Shown: positions 1-10,172, counted from the stretch's first letter. The stretch is 64,000 bases of DNA from an uncultured Gammaproteobacteria bacterium (GCA_947258875.1 CAMYKB010000011.1:9053-73052), one strand, 5' to 3'. Translations and numbers: made by a program. The notes: generated by a model not told the origin, from the sequence alone.

Positions 1-1733
1 CAGATGCCGGGAGTTATTCGCTGCCACCAGCCACAGTCATTGCACACGTGGCACAGGAAACCCCTGCTGTCGACAAACCCGCTATTGAATACGTCATGGA
101 TGGCGATACCGGGCTGCGCGGCCTGCAACAACAGATTCAGCAAGCCGAACAACACGACGATGGCGAACAACTCGCTCACCTGTATGCCGATATGGAGGCC
201 ATCCAGGGCTACAGCGCAAACAGCCGTGCCGCGCGCCTGCTGCACGGCCTGGGTTTTACAGTTGATGAGGAACAACTGCCGGTACGTTCATTCTCCGGCG
301 GCTGGCGTATGCGCCTGAACCTGGCACAGGCGTTGATGTGCCGTTCCGATCTATTGTTGCTGGACGAACCCACCAACCACCTCGACCTGGAGGCTGTGAT
401 CTGGCTGGAAGACTGGCTACGCGGCTACTCCGGCACGCTGTTACTGATCTCTCACGACCGTGACTTCCTGGATCGTGTGGTCACCCATATTGCGCACATC
501 GAACGCGGGGAAATGACCCTGTATACCGGTAACTATTCCGATTTCGAAATACGCCGCGCCGAGCAACTCGCCCACCAGCAGGCGGCCTATGAGAAACAGC
601 AGCGTGAAATTGCGCACATGCAGAAATTTGTCGACCGATTTCGCGCCAAGGCCACCAAATCGCGCCAGGCGCAAAGCCGTATCAAGGCGCTGGAACGCTT
701 GACGATCATCAGCCAGGCACATGTGGATTCGCCATTTAAATTTCATTTTCTCAATCCAGGCCGCATACCCGACCTGCTGCTGAAACTCGACAACATCAGC
801 GCCGGTTATGACGACACGCCAATACTGGATAATGTCACCCTCAACATTGCAGCAGGTGACCGTATCGGCCTGCTGGGGCACAACGGTGCGGGCAAATCCA
901 CACTGATTAAATTGCTGGCTGGTGACCTGAACATGCACAATGGCGAACGTGTAGCCGCAAAAGATATCAACATTGGTTATTTTGCGCAGCACCAACTCGA
1001 ACAACTCGATGCAAAAGCCAGCCCACTGCTGCATGTACAGCGCCTCGACCCACGCGCTACGGAACAGTCCCTGCGCAATCACCTGGGCGGCTTTGCATTC
1101 AACGATGAAATGGCCACATCACCCGTGGCACCATTGTCCGGCGGTGAAAAAGCACGCCTGGTCTTGGCCATGATCGTCTACCAGAAACCCAGCCTGTTAC
1201 TCCTCGACGAACCCACCAATCACCTCGACCTGGAAATGCGCTACGCCCTGACTAGCGCATTACAGGAATTTGAAGGCGCGATGATCATCGTCTCGCATGA
1301 TCGACACTTGCTACGCACGGTCACTGATCAACTGTACCTGGTTGCAGATCAACAGGTCACACCTTTTGATGGCGATCTTGAAGACTACCGACAATTTGTG
1401 AAAGATCAGGAAAGGGAAAACGACGAGATCCCAAGCGACAAGTCACCAACCCCTGCTAACAAAAAACAACAGCGCCAACATGCCGCTGAAAAACGTCGCC
1501 TGCTAAAGCCCCTCGGGAACAAAGCAAAGAAGCTGGAAGCCAGCATGAATAAATTGCATGCTGAGCAAACTACGCTGCAGCAACTACTTTCCGATAGCAG
1601 CCTTTATGAAGACGCCAATAAAGCAAGGCTTGCAGAATTGCTCCAGCAACAGGGTCAAATCAATAAAGAACTGCAGAAAGTAGAAGCCGAATGGTTAACG
1701 GTCAGCGAAGAACTGGAAAGCCTGCGCGCGTAA
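1..1733 (+). CDS. ABC-F family ATPase (YheS/Uup-like), 5' end lies outside the window
   Basis: The frame is open from base 3 with no upstream start. Two ABC signature/Walker B regions are present (LSGGWRMRL...LLLLDEP and LSGGEKARL...LLLLDEP) plus a second Walker A (GHNGAGKST). A coiled-coil, lysine-rich C-terminal tail matches ABC-F proteins. Confidence 0.85.
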   Translation, partial: DAGSYSLPPATVIAHVAQETPAVDKPAIEYVMDGDTGLRGLQQQIQQAEQHDDGEQLAHLYADMEAIQGYSANSRAARLLHGLGFTVDEEQLPVRSFSGGWRMRLNLAQALMCRSDLLLLDEPTNHLDLEAVIWLEDWLRGYSGTLLLISHDRDFLDRVVTHIAHIERGEMTLYTGNYSDFEIRRAEQLAHQQAAYEKQQREIAHMQKFVDRFRAKATKSRQAQSRIKALERLTIISQAHVDSPFKFHFLNPGRIPDLLLKLDNISAGYDDTPILDNVTLNIAAGDRIGLLGHNGAGKSTLIKLLAGDLNMHNGERVAAKDINIGYFAQHQLEQLDAKASPLLHVQRLDPRATEQSLRNHLGGFAFNDEMATSPVAPLSGGEKARLVLAMIVYQKPSLLLLDEPTNHLDLEMRYALTSALQEFEGAMIIVSHDRHLLRTVTDQLYLVADQQVTPFDGDLEDYRQFVKDQERENDEIPSDKSPTPANKKQQRQHAAEKRRLLKPLGNKAKKLEASMNKLHAEQTTLQQLLSDSSLYEDANKARLAELLQQQGQINKELQKVEAEWLTVSEELESLRA

Positions 1734-1781
1734 AGGTGAACAACAATAGTACCGTACCCACGATTTTCACCACTCATCCCT

Positions 1782-2012
1782 CTAAAACACATACCAGATA
1801 CCGTTTGTTATTCTGCAATCGATGGCATCCAGAACGATATGGATAATCAGCCCCAGCCCAATAATACGAGCTCTGGGGAAAACCAACAATGCTATGTACA
1901 CCGCTATGGGTAACATGCCGTGCAAAGGATGAAACCCGATGCTGCAACGTCCCGGATCATATATCGGCTCAGCCAAAAGATGGTCCAGATCGATAAGCAG
2001 GGCAGCAAGCAT
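1782..2012 (-). CDS. small His-rich membrane protein; the frame stays open upstream to ~2138 with no canonical start (possibly YdjM-like metal-dependent hydrolase family)
   Basis: ATG-initiated ORF of 76 aa. The same frame reads through the whole spacer back to the SelO stop, encoding ...HHDRLNARLLKIIHLILHCLAPLAVALVAY... with no ATG, GTG or TTG. Motifs LLIDLDH and GFHPLHG resemble YdjM-type proteins. Confidence 0.35.
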   Translation of the reverse strand: MLAALLIDLDHLLAEPIYDPGRCSIGFHPLHGMLPIAVYIALLVFPRARIIGLGLIIHIVLDAIDCRITNGIWYVF

Positions 2013-2124
2013 AATGATATATGCAGATTTCCAACGTCTGGGATATGCAACAAGGGCAACAGCTAGTGGCGCCAGGCAATGAAGAATTAAATGAATTATT
2101 TTTAGTAACCTCGCGTTTAAGCGG

Positions 2125-3600
2125 TCATGATGAGCAACTCACTTGGATATTACCGGCCCAGTCAGGTGGTGGTTCTGCATAATGCGACATACCCGGGTGC
2201 TCGTCGAAGGGCGCACTGAGTACAGTCATGAGGCGATCAATTTCGGAGTAATCCTTATCGCGCCCGGCCTTTTCGATTGCAAGCTGTGCCATATAATTGC
2301 GCAGGATATATTTGGGATTGACGTTCATCATTGCCTCACGTCGCTGGGTATCGTTACGGGATGACGCACGCAAATGCAAACGATAGTTCTTTATCCAGTG
2401 ATCGAAACGCTCACGGTCGATGAACATGTCGCTTATCGGCTGACGCCGTGCACTGCTGTCACGCTGAATATCACCCAGGGCACGAAACAGAAGGGTGTAA
2501 TCCGCACGGCTTTGCTGCATCTGCGCCAGCAGCTCTGCAAGTAATTCAAGTACCCTTGCATCAGCCTTCTCAAAACCAAGCTTTTCAGCCATAAACTGAT
2601 GGTAATAACTGGTGTAGATATCCTGATAGGTTTCCAATGCTGCCTTGGCGTCTTCAATATCAATAATCGGCAGCAAGGCTTGCGCCAGGCAACTCACATT
2701 GAAAAGCCCGATCTGTGGTTGCTGGTCAAATGCATAACGGCCATGATGATCGGAATGGTTACAGACGAAGCCGGGATCATAGGCTTCCATGAAACCGTAG
2801 GGCCCGTAGTCCAGCGTCAGGCCCAGGATCGACATATTGTCAGTATTCATAACGCCATGCGCAAAGCCAACAGACTGCCACTGCGCAATCAGGCGCGCGG
2901 TGCGTTCGATGATGATTTGCAACATCAGCAGATAGCGGTCGGGTTTGCCCGCCAGTTCAGGATAATGATGTTCGATCACATAATCCGCTAACATGCGGAT
3001 CGGTTGCTGCTGATTACGATAGAAGAATACTTCAAAGGAACCGAAGCGCACATGTGATGGCGCCAGCCGGGTGAGGATCGCACCGCTTTCAATCTGCTCA
3101 CGATAGACCTCGTCGTCACTACCAACTAGACACAGTGCATGCGTGGTAGGGATACCCAGGCCGTGCATCGCCTCACTGCAAAGATACTCACGTATTGTGG
3201 AACGCAGTACGGCGCGCCCATCAGCGTTTCTTGAATAGGGCGTCTGACCGCCGCCCTTGAGTTGTAGCTCCCATTTTTCACTACGACCATTGGTTGCCTC
3301 TGCCAGAATGATGGCACGTCCATCACCCAGCTGGGGGACGTAATGACCAAACTGGTGGCCGGCATACAACATGGCTAACGGATCACCACCGGGTAGCAGC
3401 TGTTTACCACTGAAGATCTCAACGAACCGCGGATCATGCAGGACACCAGGATCGAGATCCAGCAGTCCGGCTGCACGCGTATTGAAATGGATCAGACTGG
3501 CCGGCAACTCGAACGGTGTCGGCTGTACACGAGTATAGAAATCTCCGGGCAAGGAGGCGAAAGAATTACTCAGTGGCAGGGAATTCAGCGAATACTTCAT
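2125..3600 (-). CDS. selO: protein adenylyltransferase SelO (YdiU/UPF0061)
   Basis: Full-length (491 aa) similarity pattern to SelO/YdiU, including the family-typical YAGHQFGHY...QLGDGRA region. Confidence 0.85.
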   Translation of the reverse strand: MKYSLNSLPLSNSFASLPGDFYTRVQPTPFELPASLIHFNTRAAGLLDLDPGVLHDPRFVEIFSGKQLLPGGDPLAMLYAGHQFGHYVPQLGDGRAIILAEATNGRSEKWELQLKGGGQTPYSRNADGRAVLRSTIREYLCSEAMHGLGIPTTHALCLVGSDDEVYREQIESGAILTRLAPSHVRFGSFEVFFYRNQQQPIRMLADYVIEHHYPELAGKPDRYLLMLQIIIERTARLIAQWQSVGFAHGVMNTDNMSILGLTLDYGPYGFMEAYDPGFVCNHSDHHGRYAFDQQPQIGLFNVSCLAQALLPIIDIEDAKAALETYQDIYTSYYHQFMAEKLGFEKADARVLELLAELLAQMQQSRADYTLLFRALGDIQRDSSARRQPISDMFIDRERFDHWIKNYRLHLRASSRNDTQRREAMMNVNPKYILRNYMAQLAIEKAGRDKDYSEIDRLMTVLSAPFDEHPGMSHYAEPPPDWAGNIQVSCSS

Positions 3601-3616
3601 TATATTTAACGTGGAT

Positions 3617-4420
3617 CTACTCGAGCACTTCGACCGACATACCCACTGCTAATTCACCGCTACCTTCGATGATCACGTTCTGGCCAAAATAGATTTTATT
3701 GTCGCGTTGACGGTAACTGCTCAGGGTGCGCGTCGGTTCTACGTCGCGCTGCCCAGTGGCAGGATCGATATTGGGTATGGCACAACGGCTGCAGGGTTTG
3801 ACGACCCGCAACGTCAGTCCGCCTATCCTCAGACGGCGCCAGGTGTCTTCGGCAAACGCCTCACAACCCTCAACGACAAGGTTAGCGCGGAAGCGCTGCA
3901 TGCTGATCGGCGCATCCAGGCGTGCATTGAGATCATCCAGTGACGCCTGAGTAGTCAGCAACAAGGGGAAGCCGTCACTGAAGGCCGTCTGATCGCCGGG
4001 CTTGCCGTAGGTCGGATCAACAAGCCGCACCTCGTCATCCGGGAAAAATACCAGCCGGCAATCGATCGACAGGAAACGGCGCAGCCAGGCGGCGGCAGCA
4101 TCACCGGCATCCAGCGCCTTGCAGTGGTCATTCCACACCGATACCATCATTTTTCTGTTTGCCGAAGGAGTTGACACAACCAGCGAAGGCATACCCGGCG
4201 CATGCAGTTGTAATGCATCACCATGCAACCCGGGTTGCACCTGACACATACGCGGCTGCTGGCGTTGCGTCAAAAAACGTCCGCTGACATCAACCACCAT
4301 CCAGCGTCGATCATGAAGCAAGCCAAAACGATCTAGCAGCGTGTGATCCAGCGTAACTTGGGCACAAGACTTGATGGGATGAATCGCCAGCCCGCTTACA
4401 CTTAGCTCAGTCATCTCCAC
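3617..4420 (-). CDS. MOSC domain-containing protein (YcbX-like, without ferredoxin domain)
   Basis: MOSC N-terminal beta-barrel followed by a MOSC domain with the conserved Cys (KPCSRCAIPNIDPATG). Confidence 0.8.
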   Translation of the reverse strand: MEMTELSVSGLAIHPIKSCAQVTLDHTLLDRFGLLHDRRWMVVDVSGRFLTQRQQPRMCQVQPGLHGDALQLHAPGMPSLVVSTPSANRKMMVSVWNDHCKALDAGDAAAAWLRRFLSIDCRLVFFPDDEVRLVDPTYGKPGDQTAFSDGFPLLLTTQASLDDLNARLDAPISMQRFRANLVVEGCEAFAEDTWRRLRIGGLTLRVVKPCSRCAIPNIDPATGQRDVEPTRTLSSYRQRDNKIYFGQNVIIEGSGELAVGMSVEVLE

Positions 4421-4985
4421 AAGCCTTTGGTTGCCTGCATGCCATCAGCATAGCTCGCATCTTATCAATACCCTGCTTGCGGCAGAAATCAATGTTGCGC
4501 TCTGGGATCTTGCCCGGATCCGGGTAATCAGCCAGGACCCGCTCCACGCTGGCCTCCCTAAGTATGTGCAGCATAGGGTAAGGCGAGCGATTGGTGTAAT
4601 TGGCCGGATCATCCTGTGGCACTCCCTCAAAACAGTAGTCTGGATGAAAACTGGCCATTTGATAGATACCTTCATAGCCCTGGTCGGCCAGCAGCGCATC
4701 ACTGATCTCCAGCAGTGTCAGAAATTCCTCAAAATCATGTCCGCCCTCAGGAAAGATCAGTAACGTCGTTTCAATACCGGGTTGTTCATCCAGGCGCCGG
4801 CACTCATCGAGTAGGGCTTCAAGGCATAGCTCCATGGCGTTGTGTCTGATAACGGCATAATGGATACTGCCTCTATCCAACTCGCGCTTTGCGAAAGGGC
4901 AAAAATCATTATTGACAACTATCGACGCAAGCCATGCCCTGGTTTGCTCGACGAGCACTTCATCTGTCACAGGATTGTTATTCAA
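4407..4985 (-). CDS. DUF1415 family protein
   Basis: N-terminal ...NDFCPFAKRE... motif and a length (192 aa) typical of DUF1415. Confidence 0.6.
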   Translation of the reverse strand: MNNNPVTDEVLVEQTRAWLASIVVNNDFCPFAKRELDRGSIHYAVIRHNAMELCLEALLDECRRLDEQPGIETTLLIFPEGGHDFEEFLTLLEISDALLADQGYEGIYQMASFHPDYCFEGVPQDDPANYTNRSPYPMLHILREASVERVLADYPDPGKIPERNIDFCRKQGIDKMRAMLMACRQPKACGDD

Positions 4986-5012
4986 TACTTACAACTCATC
5001 TGTTCATCGGAT

Positions 5013-7970
5013 TCAGGTGGTAACAATAACCCGCAGCGCATCCAGGCGCAGGCTCGCAGCCTCAAGCGTTTCTGTCAGCAGCTGCCATTGCGTCTCAAAA
5101 AATTCAATTTCTTCATCACGCACATTAGGGTTGACCGCACGCAGCGCCTTGAGGCGATCAACCTCTTTCAGTAACGTTCGCCGGGTCTGATCATGCGCCA
5201 CAGTAATGATTTGCGGCGCCTGCTGGTTTGCCATTTTTTCAGCTGCTGCAACCATGACTCTGATCTGTTGCCCATAGGCACGCAAAATCTTTCTGGCTGT
5301 CTTGACGTCGACGAACTCACGCACCTCATTTATACGCTCGGCAGACAGGCCCGCTTCATGATTATTTCCGCGTTGGTCTACAACCACACGAATGGTAGTC
5401 GGCGGCAGATAACGCCCGGCCTGGAGGCCATCGCTGGATGCACTCTCCAGAACATAGAGGCATTCCAGTAACAGGGAACCGGGCTTCGTGCCTCGGTACT
5501 TAATCGCAGTAACCGCCGTATTTCCGTATTCAGTACCGAACACCATATCCATTGCTCCGGTAACCAGCGGATGCTCCCAGGTAATGAAATGCATATCTTC
5601 ATTGGCGAGCGCAATATCCCTGTCACAGGTAATCGTCATACCCTCTTCCAGCAATCCGGGGAAACTGCTGGATTGCATATGATGTCCCGGGCGAATGATA
5701 TAGCTCATATCGCTATGTTCTTCGCTATCAATATCAAAGCAATCGAAAACATCCTGCAGAAAATCCATAACACCGGGTTCTGTGTCTACCGCAGCTGCTC
5801 GTCGTTTCAGGGCATCGGCGATATGCGGCCGGCACGAGTTGTATTCCAACAACCGGTCCCGGCCGCGCTGCATCGCAGCAACCAGTTCATCACGTAACTT
5901 ACAGCTGGTTGCAATCAATAACGGCAAGTCCTCAATCCCGTCGTCGATCTGGTGCAAGATTTCCATCAACATCGGTTCAACCTGTTCGAAAATATTATGA
6001 CCCACCGGGCAGGTTTGCTCGAAGGCATCCAGGCCATCATGGAACCAGTTCAGCATCACCGCCTGCGCACTATTTTCCATATAGGGCACGTGTATCTGTA
6101 TCGTCTGTGACTGACCAATGCGATCCAGCCGGCCTATACGCTGCTCCAGTAGATCAGGATTGAGTGGCAAGTCGAACATAATTATGTGATGCGCGAACTG
6201 AAAATTACGTCCCTCGCTACCAATTTCCGAGCATACTAATACCTGGCTGCCGTATTCCTGGTCCGCAAAATAGGCGGCAGCTCGATCGCGTTCCACCAGG
6301 CTTAGTTGTTCATGAAACACTGCAGCGTGCATGCCCGACTTCACCCTCAGCGCCTCCGCAATATCCATCGCAGTCTCGGCACTTGCGCTAACGACCAAAA
6401 CCTTGCTGCCCTTGAGTTGCTTTAGCTGATCGTTGAGCCAGTCTATTCGAGGATCAATTCGTGTCCAGTGTTGCTGGCTGCGCAGCTCTGTCGACTGATA
6501 CAACAATTCCGGACAAAGCAGCAGGCGCGCACCCGTCGTTTCTGGTACCGCCTTGTCCTGAAATGCTTTTAGAGACTCCGCATAAGCCTGCGGCTGTGAC
6601 AATGGATAGCTATGAAGCTTGCGACCGGGAAAACCTTTCACGGCGGCGCGCGTATTGCGAAACAGGACCCGGCCTGTGCCATGACGATCGAGTAAATGTT
6701 CAATCAACTCAGCTCTTGCTGAGGTCATGCTTTGTTCATCGGCATCCGTCTGCTGCAATACCTTTAATAATGCACGGTTATCCTCTTCCTCTATTGTGTT
6801 AAGCAGTGCCTGGTATGCCGGTTCGTCTAGTGGATGCTTATCCAACAGGGCCTCGATCGCCTGAGCAACCGGCTCATAGGAGGCTTCTTCTTCGATAAAT
6901 CTGTCGAAATCCGGGAAACGATCGGGATCGAGCAGCCGCAGCCGCGCAAAATGACTGGCCTTGCCCAACTGCTCCGGTGTTGCGGTAAGCAGCAAAACAG
7001 CCTTTATCTCCGCCGCCAACATTTCAATGAGTTCATACTCCAGACTGACTTGCTGCGGCGACCATTGCAGATGATGGGCCTCATCAATCACCAGCATATC
7101 CCAGTTACCGGTATAGATCTGCTTGAAACGCCTGGGATTGCCCGTTACAAACCCCAGGCTGCACAACACCAACTGCTCCGCATGGAACGGGTTTTCGTTG
7201 ACGGATACGTCCTCAGCCGTATTGTCATCTGACCCATTGTCCGGGCGTAGCTCTGTTTCCAGGGCCTGGCAACGCTCTTCATCGAATATTTTGAAGTGCA
7301 GGTTAAAACGGCGCAGCATCTCCACCAGCCATTGATGCTGCAGGCTCTCCGGCACCACGATGAGCACGCGCTGTGCGCGCTCGGTGAGCAGCTGCTGATG
7401 CAGTATCAAACCGGCCTCGATGGTCTTACCAAGGCCAACCTCATCCGCCAGCAGCACTCGCGGCGCATAGCGATTTGCTACTTCGTGGGCAATGTATAAC
7501 TGATGGGGAATTAGGCTGGTGCGCCCTCCCATCAGGCCACGTAGATCGGAACTGCTAATGCGGTTGGCGTGTTGCAAAGCCTGGTAGCGCAACTCAAACC
7601 ATTTGTCCTTGTCTATCTGGCCGCTGAATAACCGATCCACCGGGCGGTTAAGCTGGACGTTACTATCGAGCTTAGCTTCTTCCAGTTCAGCCCTGGTTCC
7701 GTCTTGCGCGCGACCCATATAGGCCAACAAACCACTACGTTCTTCAACGGTTTCAATCTTCAGTATCCAGCCATCGCTGGTTTTCACGCTGTCACCCGGG
7801 GCAAACTCGACTCGGGTTAATGGTGCAGTTTGCCTGGCATAGGTTCGGGTTTCTCCCGCAGCAAGAAACAGGACAGTAACCGTACGCTGATCAACAGCCA
7901 GAACTGTACCCAAGCCCAGCTGCAGCTCAGCGTCACTAATCCAGCGTTGACCGGGGATGAAATCTTGCAC
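5013..7970 (-). CDS. rapA: RNA polymerase-associated SWI/SNF helicase RapA (HepA)
   Basis: 985 aa. RapA-type N-terminus (FIPGQRWISDAELQLGLGTV), DEXH helicase motifs (LLADEVGLGKTIEAG, DEAHHL) and a helicase C domain. Confidence 0.9.
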   Translation of the reverse strand: MQDFIPGQRWISDAELQLGLGTVLAVDQRTVTVLFLAAGETRTYARQTAPLTRVEFAPGDSVKTSDGWILKIETVEERSGLLAYMGRAQDGTRAELEEAKLDSNVQLNRPVDRLFSGQIDKDKWFELRYQALQHANRISSSDLRGLMGGRTSLIPHQLYIAHEVANRYAPRVLLADEVGLGKTIEAGLILHQQLLTERAQRVLIVVPESLQHQWLVEMLRRFNLHFKIFDEERCQALETELRPDNGSDDNTAEDVSVNENPFHAEQLVLCSLGFVTGNPRRFKQIYTGNWDMLVIDEAHHLQWSPQQVSLEYELIEMLAAEIKAVLLLTATPEQLGKASHFARLRLLDPDRFPDFDRFIEEEASYEPVAQAIEALLDKHPLDEPAYQALLNTIEEEDNRALLKVLQQTDADEQSMTSARAELIEHLLDRHGTGRVLFRNTRAAVKGFPGRKLHSYPLSQPQAYAESLKAFQDKAVPETTGARLLLCPELLYQSTELRSQQHWTRIDPRIDWLNDQLKQLKGSKVLVVSASAETAMDIAEALRVKSGMHAAVFHEQLSLVERDRAAAYFADQEYGSQVLVCSEIGSEGRNFQFAHHIIMFDLPLNPDLLEQRIGRLDRIGQSQTIQIHVPYMENSAQAVMLNWFHDGLDAFEQTCPVGHNIFEQVEPMLMEILHQIDDGIEDLPLLIATSCKLRDELVAAMQRGRDRLLEYNSCRPHIADALKRRAAAVDTEPGVMDFLQDVFDCFDIDSEEHSDMSYIIRPGHHMQSSSFPGLLEEGMTITCDRDIALANEDMHFITWEHPLVTGAMDMVFGTEYGNTAVTAIKYRGTKPGSLLLECLYVLESASSDGLQAGRYLPPTTIRVVVDQRGNNHEAGLSAERINEVREFVDVKTARKILRAYGQQIRVMVAAAEKMANQQAPQIITVAHDQTRRTLLKEVDRLKALRAVNPNVRDEEIEFFETQWQLLTETLEAASLRLDALRVIVTT

Positions 7971-8239
7971 AGCGAATCCAAAGCCTCATAGAAAAGGAGC
8001 GCTATAGTAGAGGATTCACGGGGAAAAATCCTGACAGATTTGTCCTTGCCCACCCCTCCTGAGGCCTGTTGGTATCGTTTTCAGGATTAGGAGTCAGGCA
8101 GTCTGTAAAAATAGAACTTGCAGTACACAGCATGTTGAAACAGATGGGCTGTGGCGTGTATTCCCGCCAGATGCGATAAAACCCGGGGTTATCAGGCGCT
8201 AGACCGAAACGCACACACGCCTTTCAGCAGTGCGTTTTT

Positions 8240-8650
8240 CTAGTTATTCTTCGCGCCCTGATCAATCCAGTTCTTGATCGTGTCAATTTCGTTCTGTGGG
8301 AGCGACTCAAGCTTCTTGCTAGCCAGCGACTCATCATGATGTGGTGGCATTTGCACTTTTGGATGTGCCTTATGAGAAATTAACCGGTAAAGCGTGCTCG
8401 AATTGCTATCCCCAGGTACTACAACCTTGCCAAATTTCGTTCCTTTCATTACGATTTCGTAGTTCAGCACACTAAAGTCACTTTTTTCGGAGCCTTCGCC
8501 ACTACCATCATGGCAACGCAGACACTTCTCTTCGAAGATAGGCATGATGTCAGCCTTAAAACTTACCTTTTTGCTACACCCCGCGCTCAATACAGGCACG
8601 GCAATCATAAGCGTTACAGCGAGCATCCTAGTGTGCATATCAGCCTCCAT
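8240..8650 (-). CDS. mono-haem c-type cytochrome domain lipoprotein
   Basis: Signal peptide with lipobox (VLSAGCS) and a single CXXCH haem-binding motif (CLRCH). The start may be the internal Met at ~8638. Confidence 0.55.
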   Translation of the reverse strand: MEADMHTRMLAVTLMIAVPVLSAGCSKKVSFKADIMPIFEEKCLRCHDGSGEGSEKSDFSVLNYEIVMKGTKFGKVVVPGDSNSSTLYRLISHKAHPKVQMPPHHDESLASKKLESLPQNEIDTIKNWIDQGAKNN

Positions 8651-8837
8651 TTAATTTGTCTATGAGACATATTTTCATTACAACATCAGAAGAAACAACG
8701 GACTTGATGTACATCAACATTGCACCCCCATATCACCGTGTCACCCTCTCTACTGGTGCTCAATATAACCCAGGCACAGCTCAAATAGCCAAGCGAGAAT
8801 ATCAGACATCCGAATCATCAAGCAGATGAATAGCGGG

Positions 8838-9077
8838 TCATGGTTTGCCCGCCGGTTTGTTATCAGTGTCCAGCTGCCGCTGCCCTGCGGGTCCGGGTTT
8901 TTTCCACGACGCAAACAGCAAGGTTAACAGACCCAGGATCAACTCATCGGCAAAGGGGATAAAATCCGGCAGCAGCACGTCGAGCAAAAACAAACCTCCC
9001 GTGATAAAAAAGAGTTGCCTGAAACGCAGGCGCGAGGCGAAACCAAGCAACGCAGAAATGAGAGGAATCTGATTCAT
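8838..9077 (-). CDS. small hypothetical membrane protein
   Basis: 79-aa ORF with two hydrophobic helices. No recognisable domain. Confidence 0.35.
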   Translation of the reverse strand: MNQIPLISALLGFASRLRFRQLFFITGGLFLLDVLLPDFIPFADELILGLLTLLFASWKKPGPAGQRQLDTDNKPAGKP

Positions 9078-9212
9078 AGGGTGAAATTATAGCCGTATGA
9101 GCTACCTAATGACCATGCATTCGAACCAATCACCGTATTCTTGTCTCTATAAATTTTGTTTAACTGCACTTGTTATTCTATAATCGCGAGGTCTAATACC
9201 AAAGGAAGTATA

Positions 9213-9665
9213 ATGCCAAAATCAACTCGAAGAACCACTGTCGCCAAGGGTGCGGCAATCGACAAACGTATCGATTCTGCTCTAGATAACCTAGTCATCG
9301 CCTATAACGACGCCACCAAGGCAGTCGCTACCCGCGGCAAGGAATCGAAAAAACTCACTGCTACAGTCAAAAGGCTGAATAAAAAGCGTGGGACGCTGGC
9401 AAAGCGCAAGGTGACCGCTGCAGCCCGTGTAAAGAACATGCCGGATGCTGAAAACCGTAAAGCACTGCGTACCATTGAGAAAGACCTTGCAGCAGTGCGT
9501 AAGGAGCTAACAAAGGCCAGAACCCAGAAGAGCGCGGCCTCCGCTGAACTGGCTGTAGTCAAGGCCAGTAATCGCAAGATCAGCGCCTATATGAAGGCCA
9601 TCGAAAAGACTGAGAAGCTACTAAACAAACCGAAGCGGAAAAGAAGGAAAAAACGTGCCGCCTGA
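9213..9665 (+). CDS. histone H1-like / AlgP-like lysine-alanine-rich basic protein
   Basis: AAGGAAG Shine-Dalgarno 5–11 nt upstream of the ATG at 9213. Low-complexity K/A/R-rich sequence with a KRKRRKKR tail. Followed by a strong terminator. Confidence 0.6.
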   Translation: MPKSTRRTTVAKGAAIDKRIDSALDNLVIAYNDATKAVATRGKESKKLTATVKRLNKKRGTLAKRKVTAAARVKNMPDAENRKALRTIEKDLAAVRKELTKARTQKSAASAELAVVKASNRKISAYMKAIEKTEKLLNKPKRKRRKKRAA

Positions 9666-9694
9666 TATCTCCAGGTATATCTTGCAGTAGGCAA

Positions 9695-9723
9695 TAAAAA
9701 AGCGCCCATATGGGCGCTTTTTT
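9695..9723. terminator. bidirectional rho-independent terminator
   Basis: aaaaaAGCGCCCAtaTGGGCGCTttttt lies between convergent genes, with an A-tract on one side and a T-tract on the other. Confidence 0.8.
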
Positions 9724-9785
9724 AAGTCGATAACACGGGCTCAAACACGTCTTCTAACATATGGAAGCCCGCATTAGCGAAGGCC

Positions 9786-10172
9786 TCAGGTAAAACGTTC
9801 CTCCAGATAGTCTCTGATTTTATCAGACTCATACAACCAGCTGACATTTCCTTGCTCATCGGTGATCCTAAGGCAGGGCACTTTGACGCTACCACCGCCC
9901 TCCAACAACTCTTGCCGACTGCACAAATCATGCTGCGCATCCCGGGTTTCGATATTGAGTGATAATCGCCGAATACAACGCCGCACCCTCATACAAAAAG
10001 GACAAGTCCGGAAATGATAAAGCACCAGACCCTGTGTTTCCCCATCGATTCGCTGCTGTTCCTCAGCTGACCGTTCGACACCCCGAGGTAAGGTGATTCT
10101 TTCCCAGAGCAACAATACGGGACCAAGAATGATGCGGAGTGTTTTAAAAAATATCCTTACCACCGATTTCAT
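9786..10172 (-). CDS. membrane-anchored glutaredoxin-family protein
   Basis: CPFC active site in LVLYHFRTCPFCMRVR and an N-terminal hydrophobic helix. The ATG at 10172 has a GGAG Shine-Dalgarno 8 nt upstream. The longer ORF (to 10202) would start at GTG. Confidence 0.7.
   Translation of the reverse strand: MKSVVRIFFKTLRIILGPVLLLWERITLPRGVERSAEEQQRIDGETQGLVLYHFRTCPFCMRVRRCIRRLSLNIETRDAQHDLCSRQELLEGGGSVKVPCLRITDEQGNVSWLYESDKIRDYLEERFT

Noticed and set aside
441-1082. 213-aa antisense ORF inside the ABC-F gene, and similar long antisense ORFs inside iorB (28011–29242), lhr (44743–47548) and the BNR gene (53149–53745)
   Set aside because: These are shadow ORFs on the opposite strand or an alternative frame of well-supported genes in GC-rich coding DNA. 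They have no motifs or start signals.
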